DNA from: an uncultured delta proteobacterium
GTDB taxonomy: Bacteria > Desulfobacterota > WTBG01 > CAIYCZ01 > CAIRTM01
Assembly: GCA_963804955.1 (NCBI GenBank)
Contig: CAWDSQ010000020.1
Coordinates: 32,001-96,000, forward strand
DNA length: 64,000 bases
Reading direction: 5' to 3'
Shown here: piece after piece, positions 11,401-23,140 of the stretch
Layout of the letters: the number at the start of each line of letters is the position of its first letter
How positions within the stretch are numbered: the first letter of the stretch is position 1
Made by a program: the position numbers and the translations under genes
Notes under the pieces: generated by a model
What the model saw: only the letters and a program-made list of their open reading frames with translations
Told to the model about the DNA's origin: nothing
Databases searched by the model: none

Positions 11401-12614
11401 AAAAAATTCTGGCCATGATTCTCGCGGGCGGCAAGGGCGAAAGGCTCTATCCGCTGACACGCGACCGCGCAAAACCATCGGTGCCTTTTGGCGGCGCCTA
11501 CCGTATCATAGATTTCACCATAAGCAACTGCATCAACTCTGATATCAGAAAAATCTATATAATGACCCAGTATAAGTCCCTGTCCCTTGACCGTCACATA
11601 CAGCGGGCATGGAACGCTCTCAATGGCCGCTTTGGCGAATTCGTTTACATCATTCACGCGCAGCAGCGCGTCAATGAAAACTGGTATAAGGGAACCGCGG
11701 ATGCCATCTACCAGAATTTTTATACCCTGCAGCAGGAAAAGCCCGATCTTGTCATGGTGCTGTCCGGCGACCATATCTACAAAATGGATTATCGCGAAAT
11801 GGTTGAGCAGCATATACGCAAGAAGGCCGACCTGACCATCGCCACCATGGAGATGGACAAGCAGTTTTCCAAAGAATTCGGCGTTGTGCAGACGACCAAA
11901 ACGGGCCAGGTAAAAGGTTTTCAGGAAAAGCCGGTAAAGCCGACAACTGTTCCCGGCAAACCGGATTCAATACTGATCAATATGGGGATTTATATTTTCA
12001 ATACCGATGTGCTGGTCAAGCGCCTGATTGAAAATGCCCGCAAACCTGATTCGCAGCATGACTTCGGAAAAAATGTGATTCCCGCCATGCTGAAAACAGA
12101 CCGCGTGTTTACCTATTCTTTCTGCGACCGCGATACACGGCAGGCCGGCTACTGGCGCGATGTGGGAACTATAGAGGCCTACTATGAAGCGAACATGGAT
12201 TTGCTGGAAGAACGCCCGCAGTCAAATCTTTTCGACAACAGCTGGCCCATCTTCAGCTCGGAGAAGCAGTCGGCACAGGCAAAGGTGTGCGGCTTTGAAC
12301 AGAAGGACGGCCAGCTGTACGGCGTGATGATCAATTCCATCATATCGCGGGGCTGCCTTATTAACCGGGCTCATGTCGAGCATTCAATTCTGTCTCCCAA
12401 TATTCACGTTGGCGAATACTCGGAAATACATGACTCGATACTGCTGGATAATGTGAGAATCGGAAAAAACTGCAGAATCAGGCGCGCCATCATCGATAAG
12501 GGCGTTAAAATCAGCGACGGCACGGAAATCGGCTTTAACCCGAAAAAGGACGCACAGAAGGGCACGATTTCTGATGCAGGCATCGTGGTAATACCAAAAA
12601 ACACCGTATTCTGA
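11397..12614 (+). CDS. glgC: Glucose-1-phosphate adenylyltransferase
   Basis: ILAGGKGERLYPLTRDRAKPSVPFGG, WYKGTADA, LSGDHIYKMDY, DFGKNVIP, YWRDVGT, C-terminal beta-helix. Confidence 0.96.
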   Translation: MKKILAMILAGGKGERLYPLTRDRAKPSVPFGGAYRIIDFTISNCINSDIRKIYIMTQYKSLSLDRHIQRAWNALNGRFGEFVYIIHAQQRVNENWYKGTADAIYQNFYTLQQEKPDLVMVLSGDHIYKMDYREMVEQHIRKKADLTIATMEMDKQFSKEFGVVQTTKTGQVKGFQEKPVKPTTVPGKPDSILINMGIYIFNTDVLVKRLIENARKPDSQHDFGKNVIPAMLKTDRVFTYSFCDRDTRQAGYWRDVGTIEAYYEANMDLLEERPQSNLFDNSWPIFSSEKQSAQAKVCGFEQKDGQLYGVMINSIISRGCLINRAHVEHSILSPNIHVGEYSEIHDSILLDNVRIGKNCRIRRAIIDKGVKISDGTEIGFNPKKDAQKGTISDAGIVVIPKNTVF

Positions 12615-12702
12615 TGAGACGCCCCCTGGGGAGCAATTGTTCCTGCTTGTACCACGCACAGGCTGCGGTATTCAATTCCACCGCAGCCGCACTCATTCCG
12701 CC

Positions 12703-13458
12703 CTATGCATCTTTTTTATCAGCCAGCTGCAGAAACGGTTTTATAAGCTCCATGGGCAGGGGGAAAATGGTGGTCGAGTTGTTTTCCGTAGCAACCTCCG
12801 TCAGGGTCTGAAGGTATCTGAGCTGGAGAGCCACAGGGTTTGACATGACCACAGCGGCCTCAGCAAGTTTTACCGCAGCCTGGGCTTCGCCTTCGGCATG
12901 AATGACCTTGGCCCGGCGCTCGCGCTCGGCCTCGGCCTGCTTAGCCATGGCTCGCTTCATCTCATCGGGCAGATCTATATGCTTGATTTCCACATTGGTG
13001 ACCTTGATGCCCCAGGGATCGGTCCTCCGGTCAAGTATTTCCTGCAGCTTCATATTGAGCTTTTCCCGTTCAGACAGCAGATCATCAAGCTCAGCCTCTC
13101 CACAGACGCTGCGAAGCGTTGTTTGCGCAAGCTGTGATGTTGCATACAGAAAGTTTTCAACTTCCACAATAGCCTTCTCCGGAATCACCACTCTGAAATA
13201 CACAACGGCGTTTACTTTCACCGAGACATTGTCTTTCGTAATGATATCCTGAGGGGGCACATCAAGGGTGACGAGCCGAAGGCTCACTTTCTGCATCTTG
13301 TCGACAACCGGAATAAGAATTATCAGTCCGGGACCCTTGCTTCCTATGAGGCGGCCAAGGCGGAAAATAACGCCCCGCTCATATTCATTGAGAATTTTTA
13401 TGGCGCTTGCCAGAAACATAACCACCAGCACGATGATAAAAAAAGTCATATTGAACAT
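12703..13458 (-). CDS. Slipin / SPFH (band 7) family protein
   Basis: [54 protein letters not shown]. Confidence 0.94.
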   Translation of the reverse strand: MFNMTFFIIVLVVMFLASAIKILNEYERGVIFRLGRLIGSKGPGLIILIPVVDKMQKVSLRLVTLDVPPQDIITKDNVSVKVNAVVYFRVVIPEKAIVEVENFLYATSQLAQTTLRSVCGEAELDDLLSEREKLNMKLQEILDRRTDPWGIKVTNVEIKHIDLPDEMKRAMAKQAEAERERRAKVIHAEGEAQAAVKLAEAAVVMSNPVALQLRYLQTLTEVATENNSTTIFPLPMELIKPFLQLADKKDA

Positions 13459-13473
13459 GATGCCTCCTTTTGC

Positions 13474-14787
13474 TTATTCAGGGTTTATGTGTTCAGGCAG
13501 CGGCATAACGGTCAGATTCATGCCGTCCACCCGTGTGATTATTGCCTGTTCTCCCTTTCTGAGCGGCATAGTGCTTTGCGCGTTCCAGTACTCACCATGC
13601 ACGAAAACCTTGCCCTGCGGGTTGATTGCGACCATGACTTCGCAGGGTGTGCCGATAAGGCCCTGAAGACCGGTCTGCGTCTTGCGGCGCTGTGCTTTAA
13701 CCACAAGTCCGACAACTATGACAAAAAAAGCCCATATGAGCAGAGACGAGGAAATGATGACGCTCCATGAAATGCGCAGATAGGGCACGGATGAGTCAAA
13801 CAGCATGAGAGAGCCGAGCACCACGGCGATTATCCCGCCTATGGACAGCAGGCCGTAGCTCGTCACCTTGATCTCGGCTATGAAGAGAATGACGCCCAGT
13901 AGTATGAGCAGAAGCCCCGCATAATTAGCCGACAGTGTCTGCAATGAATAAAAGGCAAGCAGAAGAGAGATACCGCCAAGCGCGCCGGGCAGTATGGCCC
14001 CGGGGGTTGACAGTTCAAAATAAAGGCCTGCAAGGCCGATGAGCAGCAGGATATACGCAATAGTCGGATCGGCAAGGGATTTCAGAACAATTTCACGAAT
14101 GCCCATTGCCCGTTCAGTCAGCTGCGCATTTTTTGTTTTAAGCCTGCGCGGGCCTGCCGGCGTTTCAACCTCGCGTCCGTCGATGGCGGCAACCAGAGCC
14201 CGCGTGTCGGTTGCAATAAGATCGATGACATGCTCTTTGAGAGCGTCCGTTTCACTGGCGGACAGGCTTTCGCGGACGGCTTTGACTGCCCATTGCTTAT
14301 TGCGCTTGCGTTTTTCAGCAATGCTTTCAGCATACGCCGCCGAGTCATTTTCTGCCTTTGAAGACATTTCCTTATTCTGCTCACCAAAGCCGATACTGAC
14401 CGGATGTGCTGCGCCGATATTTGTGCCGGGCGACATGGCTGCCACATGAGCTGCAAGGGTTATTATGGCTCCGGCCGACGCTGCCCGAGCCCCTGATGGG
14501 GTAACGTAGACAATGACCGGCACTTCCGATGAGAGTATTTTTTTTATTATGTCCCGCATGGCAAGATCAAGACCGCCGGGCGTATCAAGCTGCACTACCA
14601 GGCATTCCGCCCGCGACTTTTCGGCAGCTGTTATTTCACGAATAATATACTCTGATATGACCGGCGTAATAGGATCGTTGATGGTAAGCACAACGATTTC
14701 AGAGCAGTATGCCGGTGCCGGGCGCCCGGCGAACAAGGCGCATACAATCAGCAGCCAGAGCAAAAGGGGTGAATAGTGGCGGGCCAT
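13474..14787 (-). CDS. nfeD: NfeD-family membrane-bound ClpP-class protease
   Basis: LDTPGGL, ARAASAG, GTNIGAAHPV, TM region, C-terminal OB domain GKVFVHGEYWNA; typical slipin partner. Confidence 0.93.
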   Translation of the reverse strand: MARHYSPLLLWLLIVCALFAGRPAPAYCSEIVVLTINDPITPVISEYIIREITAAEKSRAECLVVQLDTPGGLDLAMRDIIKKILSSEVPVIVYVTPSGARAASAGAIITLAAHVAAMSPGTNIGAAHPVSIGFGEQNKEMSSKAENDSAAYAESIAEKRKRNKQWAVKAVRESLSASETDALKEHVIDLIATDTRALVAAIDGREVETPAGPRRLKTKNAQLTERAMGIREIVLKSLADPTIAYILLLIGLAGLYFELSTPGAILPGALGGISLLLAFYSLQTLSANYAGLLLILLGVILFIAEIKVTSYGLLSIGGIIAVVLGSLMLFDSSVPYLRISWSVIISSSLLIWAFFVIVVGLVVKAQRRKTQTGLQGLIGTPCEVMVAINPQGKVFVHGEYWNAQSTMPLRKGEQAIITRVDGMNLTVMPLPEHINPE

Positions 14788-14977
14788 AGCAACTCCTTGT
14801 ACAAAACTAATTTCATTTGAAACTGATTACCATCAGGACAAGCCACAGTACAAGTAAAATCGCACCTGTCTGCACGAGACTTTCTCTGCCGGCATCCGGA
14901 AAAAACATGCTAAAAATCGCTTGACTTATGAGCGCAACTGCCTTAAGTATAAGAACTCTTTTGCAGCCAATACCGGT

Positions 14978-15053
<76 letters not shown>

Positions 15054-15169
15054 TTTTTTTGTCTTCAAATAATCCGGCCAGATATCCAAAATACCCCTCC
15101 TGTAAGTATAGCGGTTTTTTTTTGGAAACAAGGCAGGAAAAACGTAATAAATCAGGAAAGATGCGTCAT

Positions 15170-16472
15170 ATGTCAAATGTTGTCATCATTGGGACCCAGT
15201 GGGGTGATGAGGGCAAAGGCAAGATCGTTGATCTGCTGACCGAGCATGCCGACGTCATCGTTCGCTTTCAGGGCGGCCCGAATGCCGGCCACACCGTCGT
15301 TGTGGGCGATAAAAAGACCATCCTGCATCAGGTACCCTCAGGAATACTTCATCAGGGCAAGCAGTGCGTGATCGGCAACGGCGTTGTTCTGGACGCCGAA
15401 TCACTCATCAAAGAGATTGATGAAGTGAAAGCACAGGGGTATTTTTCGGATGATTCCGTGCTGCATATCAGCGAAAACGCTCATCTGATAATGCCCTATC
15501 ACAAGCTTATCGATGTTGCCCGCGAGAAGATGAAAGGCGAGGGCAAAATCGGCACTACCGGACGCGGCATAGGCCCTGCCTATGAAGATAAGGTCGGCCG
15601 CAACGGCATACGGCTTGCCGATATTTTCAATGATGAGGTCTTTCTTGCCAAGCTCAATCAGAACCTTAAAGAGAAAAATTTTTATCTGAAAAATTATCTG
15701 GGCGAGGCTGAGATAAGCTGCGATGCTATTTTCCCTGTTTTTACAGCCTTTCGCAAACGGCTCAGCAGCTATGTCGGCAATGCAGCTCTTTTTCTGCATG
15801 ATGCGCTGGCTGCCCGCAAAAAGGTTCTTTTTGAAGGGGCTCAGGGCGCCATGCTCGACGTCGATCACGGCACCTATCCTTTTGTTACTTCATCAAATAC
15901 GGCTTCTGCAAATGCCGCCATCGGCAGCGGGGTAGGGCCCCGTCATCTTGATGTAATTGTGGGTATTGTCAAAGCCTATACCACGCGCGTCGGTGAAGGC
16001 CCGTTTCCAACCGAACAGGAGAACGACCTTGGCGAGAAGCTTCGCGACAAAGGAGATGAATACGGTGCAACGACAGGCCGGCCGCGGCGCTGCGGCTGGC
16101 TTGATCTTGCAGTGGTTCAGCATGCCATTCGCATGAACAGCATCACGCCATCTGCTGATTACCAAGCTTGATGTTCTCAGCGGCCTGAAAACGATCAAAG
16201 TCTGCACCGGCTATACCTGTGATGGCAGAACTATCGCCGGTTTTCCGTCTGATCTTGCCGTGCTTGAAAAATGCACACCGGTCTATGATGAACTTGAAGG
16301 CTGGGAGGATGATTTGACCGGTGTTACCCGCTATGAGCAGCTTCCCGAGGCTGCAAAACGGTATATAAGCTATATCGAGCAGAAGACTGAAACTCCCATA
16401 AGCATGGTATCCGTGGGGTACAGGCGTGATCAGATCATTACACTGATCGACCCGTTTTCTGTCACCAATTGA
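15170..16472 (+). CDS. purA: Adenylosuccinate synthetase (frameshift near 16150)
   Basis: GTQWGDEGKGKIVD, RFQGGPNAGHT, IGTTGRGIGPAYEDK, EGAQG, GATTGRPRRCGWLD. Confidence 0.97.
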
Positions 16473-16530
16473 TTTTACAATTGTAAATCAAGACCATTTT
16501 TTGTTATAAGAATAAATTACAAGATTATAT

Positions 16531-16606
16531 GAGTCGCTAGCTCAGTTGGTAGAGCACCGGACTTTTAATCCGTAGGTCCCGGGTCCGAGTCCCGGGCGAC
16601 TCACCA
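16531..16606 (+). tRNA. tRNA-Lys(TTT)
   Basis: GAGTCGC/GCGACTC acceptor stem, anticodon loop CTTTTAA, CCA end; T-loop reads TCCGAGT rather than TTCGAGT. Confidence 0.94.
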
Positions 16607-16614
16607 TATACATG

Positions 16615-16650
16615 AAGCACTTAGCCGATACCAGGTTAAGTGCTTTTTTT
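16615..16650 (+). terminator. Rho-independent terminator after tRNA-Lys
   Basis: AAGCACTTAGCC-gatacca-GGTTAAGTGCTT followed by a T run. Confidence 0.8.
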
Positions 16651-17073
16651 GTGGCCGCCATGAGATGCTCAAAACTAAAAACGGCTGCTTGCCCACAGGT
16701 ATACATCCATTGATTGTAAAGCAAATTCAGCCTTTGGGCAGTTTGCACATTGGTTATAACAGCCTACCGCTTAAACTTTTCAATTCCTTACAGACACCGT
16801 CAGCGTATCAAATACCAGTTTGATGCTTTTTGTACCGGTGCCGCATACAGGTATATGGAGCGTATTATATTTTTTACTCAATTCCATGCTTGTATATGTT
16901 TCTTGAGCACCACATAAAGAACCGGCAATTATATTTTTTTAAATTTTGAAAATTATTCTTGTCAAACTCCAAAATAGGATTAAAATACGAAGATTTTGTG
17001 ATATCTGCCTGCGAATGTAACATCAGGCTGAATAGGAATTGTAACCCTTAAAGCTTCATCTGGAGAGAAGAGA

Positions 17074-19709
17074 ATGAAGATTCGTTCCGTGCGGGCTTTG
17101 CGTGGGCCTAATATATGGGCAAATTTTACTGTTCTTGAAGTTCTTGTTGACCTTGAGGAATTCAAGGACAGTCCGTCCAGTATGATTCCCGGATTCAATC
17201 AAAGAGTCATGGAAGGCCTCCCCTCGCTTATCGAGCACCGTTGCGGCCGTGGTGTGCGCGGCGGATTTTTTCAGCGCCTTGAAGAGGGAACCTATCTCGG
17301 CCATGTGCTTGAGCATGTAACCCTTGAGCTGCAGACTCTTGCGGGAACCGATGTCGGATACGGCAAAGCACGCGAAACTGATGAGGGTGGCGTCTACAAA
17401 GTTGCCATTGAGTATGAAAATGAACGCCTGGCACGTGAGTGCCTTGCCGTTGCCTGGGATTTTTGTCTGTCTGCTGTTCACAATACGCAGTTTGATTGTG
17501 CGGGTCACATAGCCCGTCTCAAAGATCTTGCCGGCGATGTCTGTCTTGGCCCCAGCACCAGGGCAATTGTCGATGCCGCGCGCGAGAGGGGCATTCCTGT
17601 CCGGCGCCTCAATGACGCAAGCCTCGTGCAGTTCGGCTTTGGCGCAAAGCAGCGCCGCATCATGGCCGCAGAAACAGACCGCACGGGAGCTATAGCAGAA
17701 GAAATAGCCCAGGATAAAGAGCTGACAAAAATGATACTCAAGTCAGCCGGTGTGCCGGTACCCTACGGCAGCATTGTTCACAGCCGGGATGATGCATGGG
17801 CTGAGGCGCAGGACATAGGCTTTCCGGTGACTGTCAAGCCGGCTGACGGCAATCAGGGCAGGGGTGTTGCTGTAAATTTAAGCACGCGAAGAACAGGTTA
17901 AAGCTGCCTATGATGCAGCTTCGAAAGAAAGCAGGGACGTGCTGGTGGAAGAGAATGTGCGGGGCAGGGATTTTCGTTTCCTTGTGGTTGGCAGCCATCT
18001 TGTTGCAGCAGCATGCCGCATACCGGCCCAGGTTGCAGGCGACGGCATTCATACGGTTGCTGAACTGGTTGCGCAGGAAAACACCAATCCACGCCGCGGT
18101 GACCACCATGCCCTTACCCTCAGCAAAATACCCCTTGATACGGTCTCCCTTGCCGTTCTCAAAGCCCAGGGCCTCACGCCCGACTCAGTGCCGCCTGAAG
18201 GGGCAAGCGTGCTTATCCGCCGAAACGCGAATCTGAGCACAGGCGGAACAGCCATTGATGTTACCGATTCCGTCCACCCTCTGAATGCCTCCTTTGCCGT
18301 CGGCGCAGCCAAGTGTGTGGGGCTTGATATTGCGGGTGTTGATATTGTTGCTGAGGATATAAGCATCCCCCTTGATGAGCAGGGAGGCAAAGTGATCGAA
18401 GTAAACGCAGCACCCGGGCTGCGCATGCATATAGCGCCGTCTGAAGGTCAGAGCCAGCCTGTGGGAAAAGCGATAGTTGATATGCTTTTTCCTGAGGGAG
18501 AAACAGGCCGCATACCGCTTGTGGCCGTAACCGGTGTCAACGGCAAAACCACAACGACCCGATTTATAGCCCATATTTTGAAAAGCGCGGGCTTTCAGGC
18601 CGGCATGGTCTGCAGCGACGGCATTTATGTTGATGGCAGGCGCATCGAAAAAGGGGATTGCAGCGGCCCTCAGAGCGCCAAAAGCCTGCTTCTGAACCCC
18701 TTTATTGATGCAGCAGTGCTGGAAACCGCGCGGGGCGGCATTATCCGTGAAGGTCTCGGCTTTGACAGGTGCGATGTCGCCGTTGTCACTAATATCGAAG
18801 GCGGCGATCATCTGGATCAGAATGATATCAATACCCTTGACAAGCTGGCGGTGGTGAAGCGCACTGTTGTTGAATCTGTTTCAAAGCACGGCACAGCCGT
18901 TCTCAACGCGCAGGATCCCCTTGTCGCTGATATGGCGGAGCATTGCCGGGGGTCGGTCTGTTTCTTTGCCTTAAACGGCGACAACCCTGTTGTCAGAAGA
19001 GCACTGCGCCAAAGGCGGCAGGGCACTGTTTGTCCGCGATCACATGATCATCCTTGCCGATGGGGCACAGGAGGTTCACTTTGCCATGCTTGACATGATA
19101 CCTTTGACCCACCGGGGCACGATACGGTTTCAGGTTGAGAACGTGCTTGCGTCAATCGGCGCCGCCTGGGCCCTCGGGCTGCCGTTTGAGAAAATACTGA
19201 CGGCAGCCGAAACATTTATTGCCAATTTCATCAATCTTCCGGGCAGGTTCAATGTCGTAAGCAGAAACGGCTCAACCATCATCGTCGATTACGGCCATAA
19301 TCCTTCATCCCTTGAAGCAATTATCGCGGCACTGGACAATTACGACCATAAGCGGCGCGTGGCCATCTATTCTACAGCCGGAGACCGCCGCGACTGCGAT
19401 ATCATCCTGCAGGGAAAGCTGCTGGGCGAGGCCTTTGACTCTGTTATCCTGTATGAGGACCATTATTTGCGGGGGCGGCAGAAAGGTGACATCATACGGC
19501 TGTTCAGGCAGGGTCTTGCGGGGTCACCCCGGACCAAGGAAGTCAGTGAAATATTCGGTTCGCTTAATGCCATCGATGCCGCCATGAGCACTCTTGCCAC
19601 AGGAAGCCTGCTGCTCATACAGGCCGATGAAGTTGATGAAACAGTCGATTATATGCGCAAGTACTTTCCTTTTGAAATACCGCTGCCGGCAGCAGCGGCA
19701 CATGCCTGA
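17074..19709 (+). CDS. cphA: Cyanophycin synthetase (frameshifts near 17890 and 19010)
   Basis: RALRGPNIW, GTYLGHVLEHVTLELQ, LGPSTRAIV, VKPADGNQGRGV, EVNAAPGLRMH, VTGVNGKTTT, ETARGGI, PGRFN, DYGHN: ATP-grasp plus Mur-ligase architecture. Confidence 0.95.
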
Positions 19710-22043
19710 TGCTCCTGCGCCCGGCTGACAGAAACTTTAACGACACGAGTGGCTCCTTGCTTGAACATAGCCCTACAGCATATGCCGGCAGTGAAGAAGT
19801 GCAGCAGGCGTACTTCGCCCATGATCTTGACGGCAACCTTTGTTACCGCCCGTTCGCCCTTGTTCTTACCAACCGCCGGCTGCTGCACAAAGAGCTGCCT
19901 GCGGGGAGCCTGTCCGGGCAAACTGCGCAGAGCCCGGCTCAGCCCGAAGGCGTTCCGGATGAAGTTTTCGAACTGAGCCCTGATCTCACCGCAACGGCCC
20001 AGGCCTATACCGGAGTCGGGGAAATTGAGCTCAGATGCCCTCAGCGCCTGCTCGCACGCTGGCATTATACCGTCGGCAAACATGCCGATGCCTGCGCATT
20101 CGTCAAAACAGTAAACTCCCTGGCTGCCAAACCAGCTGCCGATCAGCCGGATCGCGAGCCTGCTGCCGGCCTGCAGGAGCCTGCCTCCGATGCGGCACCT
20201 GAGGCGCCTGCCGAAATCACCTCAACATCAACGATGCGGTATCTGGGCCGGATTGTGAGTTTTGCCCGGCCCTGGGCCGGATTTTTCCTGCTGAGTTTCC
20301 TGCTGAGTGTCGCCTGCACCGGAGCGGGCCTTATACCGCCCTATATTACCATGCCCCTGATCGACAAGGTTCTCATCCCCTTTCAGAACGGCAAGCCCAT
20401 TGATGAGGGCCGTGTTGTTTTATTGCTGGCCGGTCTCGGGGGAGCGGCTTTTTTTGCATGGCTGCTTGGCTGGGCGCGTACTTTTGTGCTGGCGCGGGTG
20501 AGCGAGCGTGTCAGCGCTCAATTGCGCAATACCATTTATACGCATTTGCACAGGCTGTCGCTTGACTTTTTTAGCGAAAAGCGAACCGGTGATTTGATTT
20601 CCCGCGTCAGCACGGACACGGACCGGATTTGTTTTTTTCTGTCGGTCTACGTGCTTGATCTGGCAGCCGATATACTCATGATCATTATGACCGCCGGCAT
20701 ACTTTTGTATATAAATCCCCTGCTTGCCATTGTTACCCTCTGCCCGTTTCCGTTTATTGCCTGGCTTACCCACCGGGTGCGTAAAACCCTGCGGCGCGGG
20801 TTTTCCAAAGGAAGCCGCGCCTGGGCTGACATGACCAGCGTTCTTGCCGACGCCATACCCGGCGTCAGGGTGGTCAAGGCATTTGCTCAGGAGGATCGGG
20901 AAACCGAGCGGTTCAAGGAAGCAAACCGGCTCGTCCTGCGGGCCAATGACCGCGTCAACCGGGTCTGGTCTTTTTTCGGCCCCATGGTCACGCTCCTGAC
21001 TGATTTGGGCGTGCTGATCATCTGGGGATTTGCCGTGTGGATGATATTTAAAAATCAGATCACGGTCGGCGTACTGACGGCCTTTGTTGCCTATATCAGC
21101 AAATTTTACGCCCGCCTTGAGTCCATGATTCGCATGGTGTCTGCCTTCCAGCGCACCGCGGCAAGCGCCAAGCGCATTTTTGACGTTATCGACATCGAGC
21201 CCCGTATTGTTGAGGTTGCCAACCCCGTCATTCCGGGCAAGGTGCAGGGGAAAATAGAATTTAAAAATGTCGGTTTTTCCTATGGCAAGCGGGATGTGCT
21301 GAAAAATGTCAACCTGACCATTAATGCCCGGTGAGATGATCGGCTTTGTGGGGCCGAGCGGATCAGGTAAAACCACGCTCGTCAACCTGGTGTGCCGTTT
21401 TTATGACGTGTGCGAGGGCGCGGTCATTGTCGATGATACCGATATTCGTGATATGTCCATTGCCGGGTACCGCAAAAATATCGGCATCGTGCTGCAGGAC
21501 CCGTTCCTTTTTTACGGCACCATCGCTGAGAACATTGCCTATGGCAAGCCTGATGCCTCCCGCGCCGAAATCATAGAGGCAGCGCGTGCGGCATGCGCCC
21601 ATGATTTCATTATACGCCTGCCCGACGCCTATGACACGCTGGTCGGCGAGCGCGGACAGCTTCTTTCAGGCGGCGAGAGGCAGCGCATCAGCATAGCCCG
21701 GGCCATTCTCATTAACCCGTCGATTTTGATACTCGACGAGGCCACCTCATCGGTCGACGTGGAAACGGAAAAGGAAATTCAGCAGGCCCTTGAAAATTTA
21801 ATCGAAGGCCGAACAACGCTTGCCGTTGCCCACCGCCTCAGCACCCTGAAGCGCGCCGACCGGATTGTGGTGCTTGAGGAAGGCACAATAACCGGTGTCG
21901 GCGGGCACACGGAGCTTCTGAGCACGAGCCTGACCTATGCCCGGTTTCACCGGACAAATGCCGAGATGTATCTGTCAGCCGTTCATCAGCTCAAGGCCGG
22001 AGATGAAAAAAACGGGCTCGAGGAGGAAGAGCAGTATGCGTAG
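19709..22043 (+). CDS. Cyanophycin-metabolism-associated ABC transporter (N-terminal extension + TMD + NBD; frameshift near 21325)
   Basis: ABC membrane domain, GPSGSGKTT, LSGGERQR, ILDEATSSVD; start overlaps the cphA stop. Confidence 0.9.
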
Positions 22044-22512
22044 TTCAGCTAAAACCATTATTGCAGGTTTTCGCAATAGCCAGGGCATGCTGGTTCTCAC
22101 CGACGATGAGGGCACCCAGTACACGGATGTGCTGCCGGTGCGCATGTTTCCCATTACGGACCCCGACGGGTGGCTGTCTATCTGCGACAGGCAGGCAAAA
22201 GAGCTTTTCTGCATCGAGAACATCGAAACCATACCCCCTGAACTAAGGCGCATGCTCCAGGAGGAGCAGAACCGCTGCATGTTTACGCCTCTTATCACGC
22301 ATATCAAACGGTCAATGCCCTTTGGCGATCATGTTCGTCTTTTCATAAAGACCGACCGGGGCGAGACGGATATTACCGTTGATACGGAGGATATTTACCG
22401 CCTGTCCGGCAACCGGATACTCATGAAGGATGTCAACGGCATCAGGTATCTTATCCCCGACTGGCAAAAGATGAGCACCCACAGCCGCCGCATACTGGAT
22501 ATGTATTTATAA
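22036..22512 (+). CDS. DUF1854-like protein (cyanophycin-associated)
   Basis: VLPVRMFPITDPDGWLSI, TDRGET, DVNGIRYLIPD...SRRILD; typical neighbour of cphA and the ABC gene. Confidence 0.82.
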   Translation: MRSSAKTIIAGFRNSQGMLVLTDDEGTQYTDVLPVRMFPITDPDGWLSICDRQAKELFCIENIETIPPELRRMLQEEQNRCMFTPLITHIKRSMPFGDHVRLFIKTDRGETDITVDTEDIYRLSGNRILMKDVNGIRYLIPDWQKMSTHSRRILDMYL

Positions 22513-23140
22513 AACGAATTCCTGCCTTATTTCCCCGTGCTCAGCTTCACGTGGTTTGTGTATTTCCCCTCAAACAGTTTCTCCTGTCCGCCTTTTGATC
22601 GAGATAATAAACTGTCCATACAGGATACAGAAAAAATAGCTCTTACCTCCTTTGTATACTTCTTAAAATTCCAGCAATCAAATCTGTATTTTAGAGAACC
22701 AAATACGTTCTAATTTAAAAAAAATCATTTTTTTTTGATAAATACTGGCAATAAACCAGTATTAAATCTGAAAAATTGAGTATTTGTACTCATAGCTTTT
22801 CCATTTTTTCTATGATAGCTAATTTTAAGCTAGATGGTTAAGTTCACGTTAGCTAACTTTTTACAGACGTTTATTTTTATTTTCGGATAGAACTTTTAAG
22901 GGGCAGGAGGGGAGGGGAAACAACATGCCGAAACACCAGTCCATTTACCATCTATCTTCTCATTTGATTCAAGATAAGCGTAATCCGTTGTTCCGTCTGT
23001 TCATTATGCAGAGCTAAATAGCATGATGTGGAAACGACGAAAGTTTTAAAGTTTTTTCTGCATAGCTAATGGCATGCTGTCATGTTTCGGCTGTTTCAAA
23101 ATTAACTGATGATAGGTGGAAATTTTTTAAGGTGCAATCC

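Noticed and set aside
20420..21385. Long antisense ORFs (321 aa here, also 818-1525 and 40490-41152)
   Set aside because: Shadow frames of well-supported genes on the opposite strand.
17074..22043. Split cphA or ABC genes, or programmed frameshifting
   Set aside because: Same indel pattern as everywhere else in the window; fragments join into single normal-length proteins.
23000..23090. Riboswitch or hammerhead in the giant-gene leader
   Set aside because: A TATGCAGA/TCTGCATA stem is possible, but the conserved c-di-GMP or CUGANGA cores are absent.
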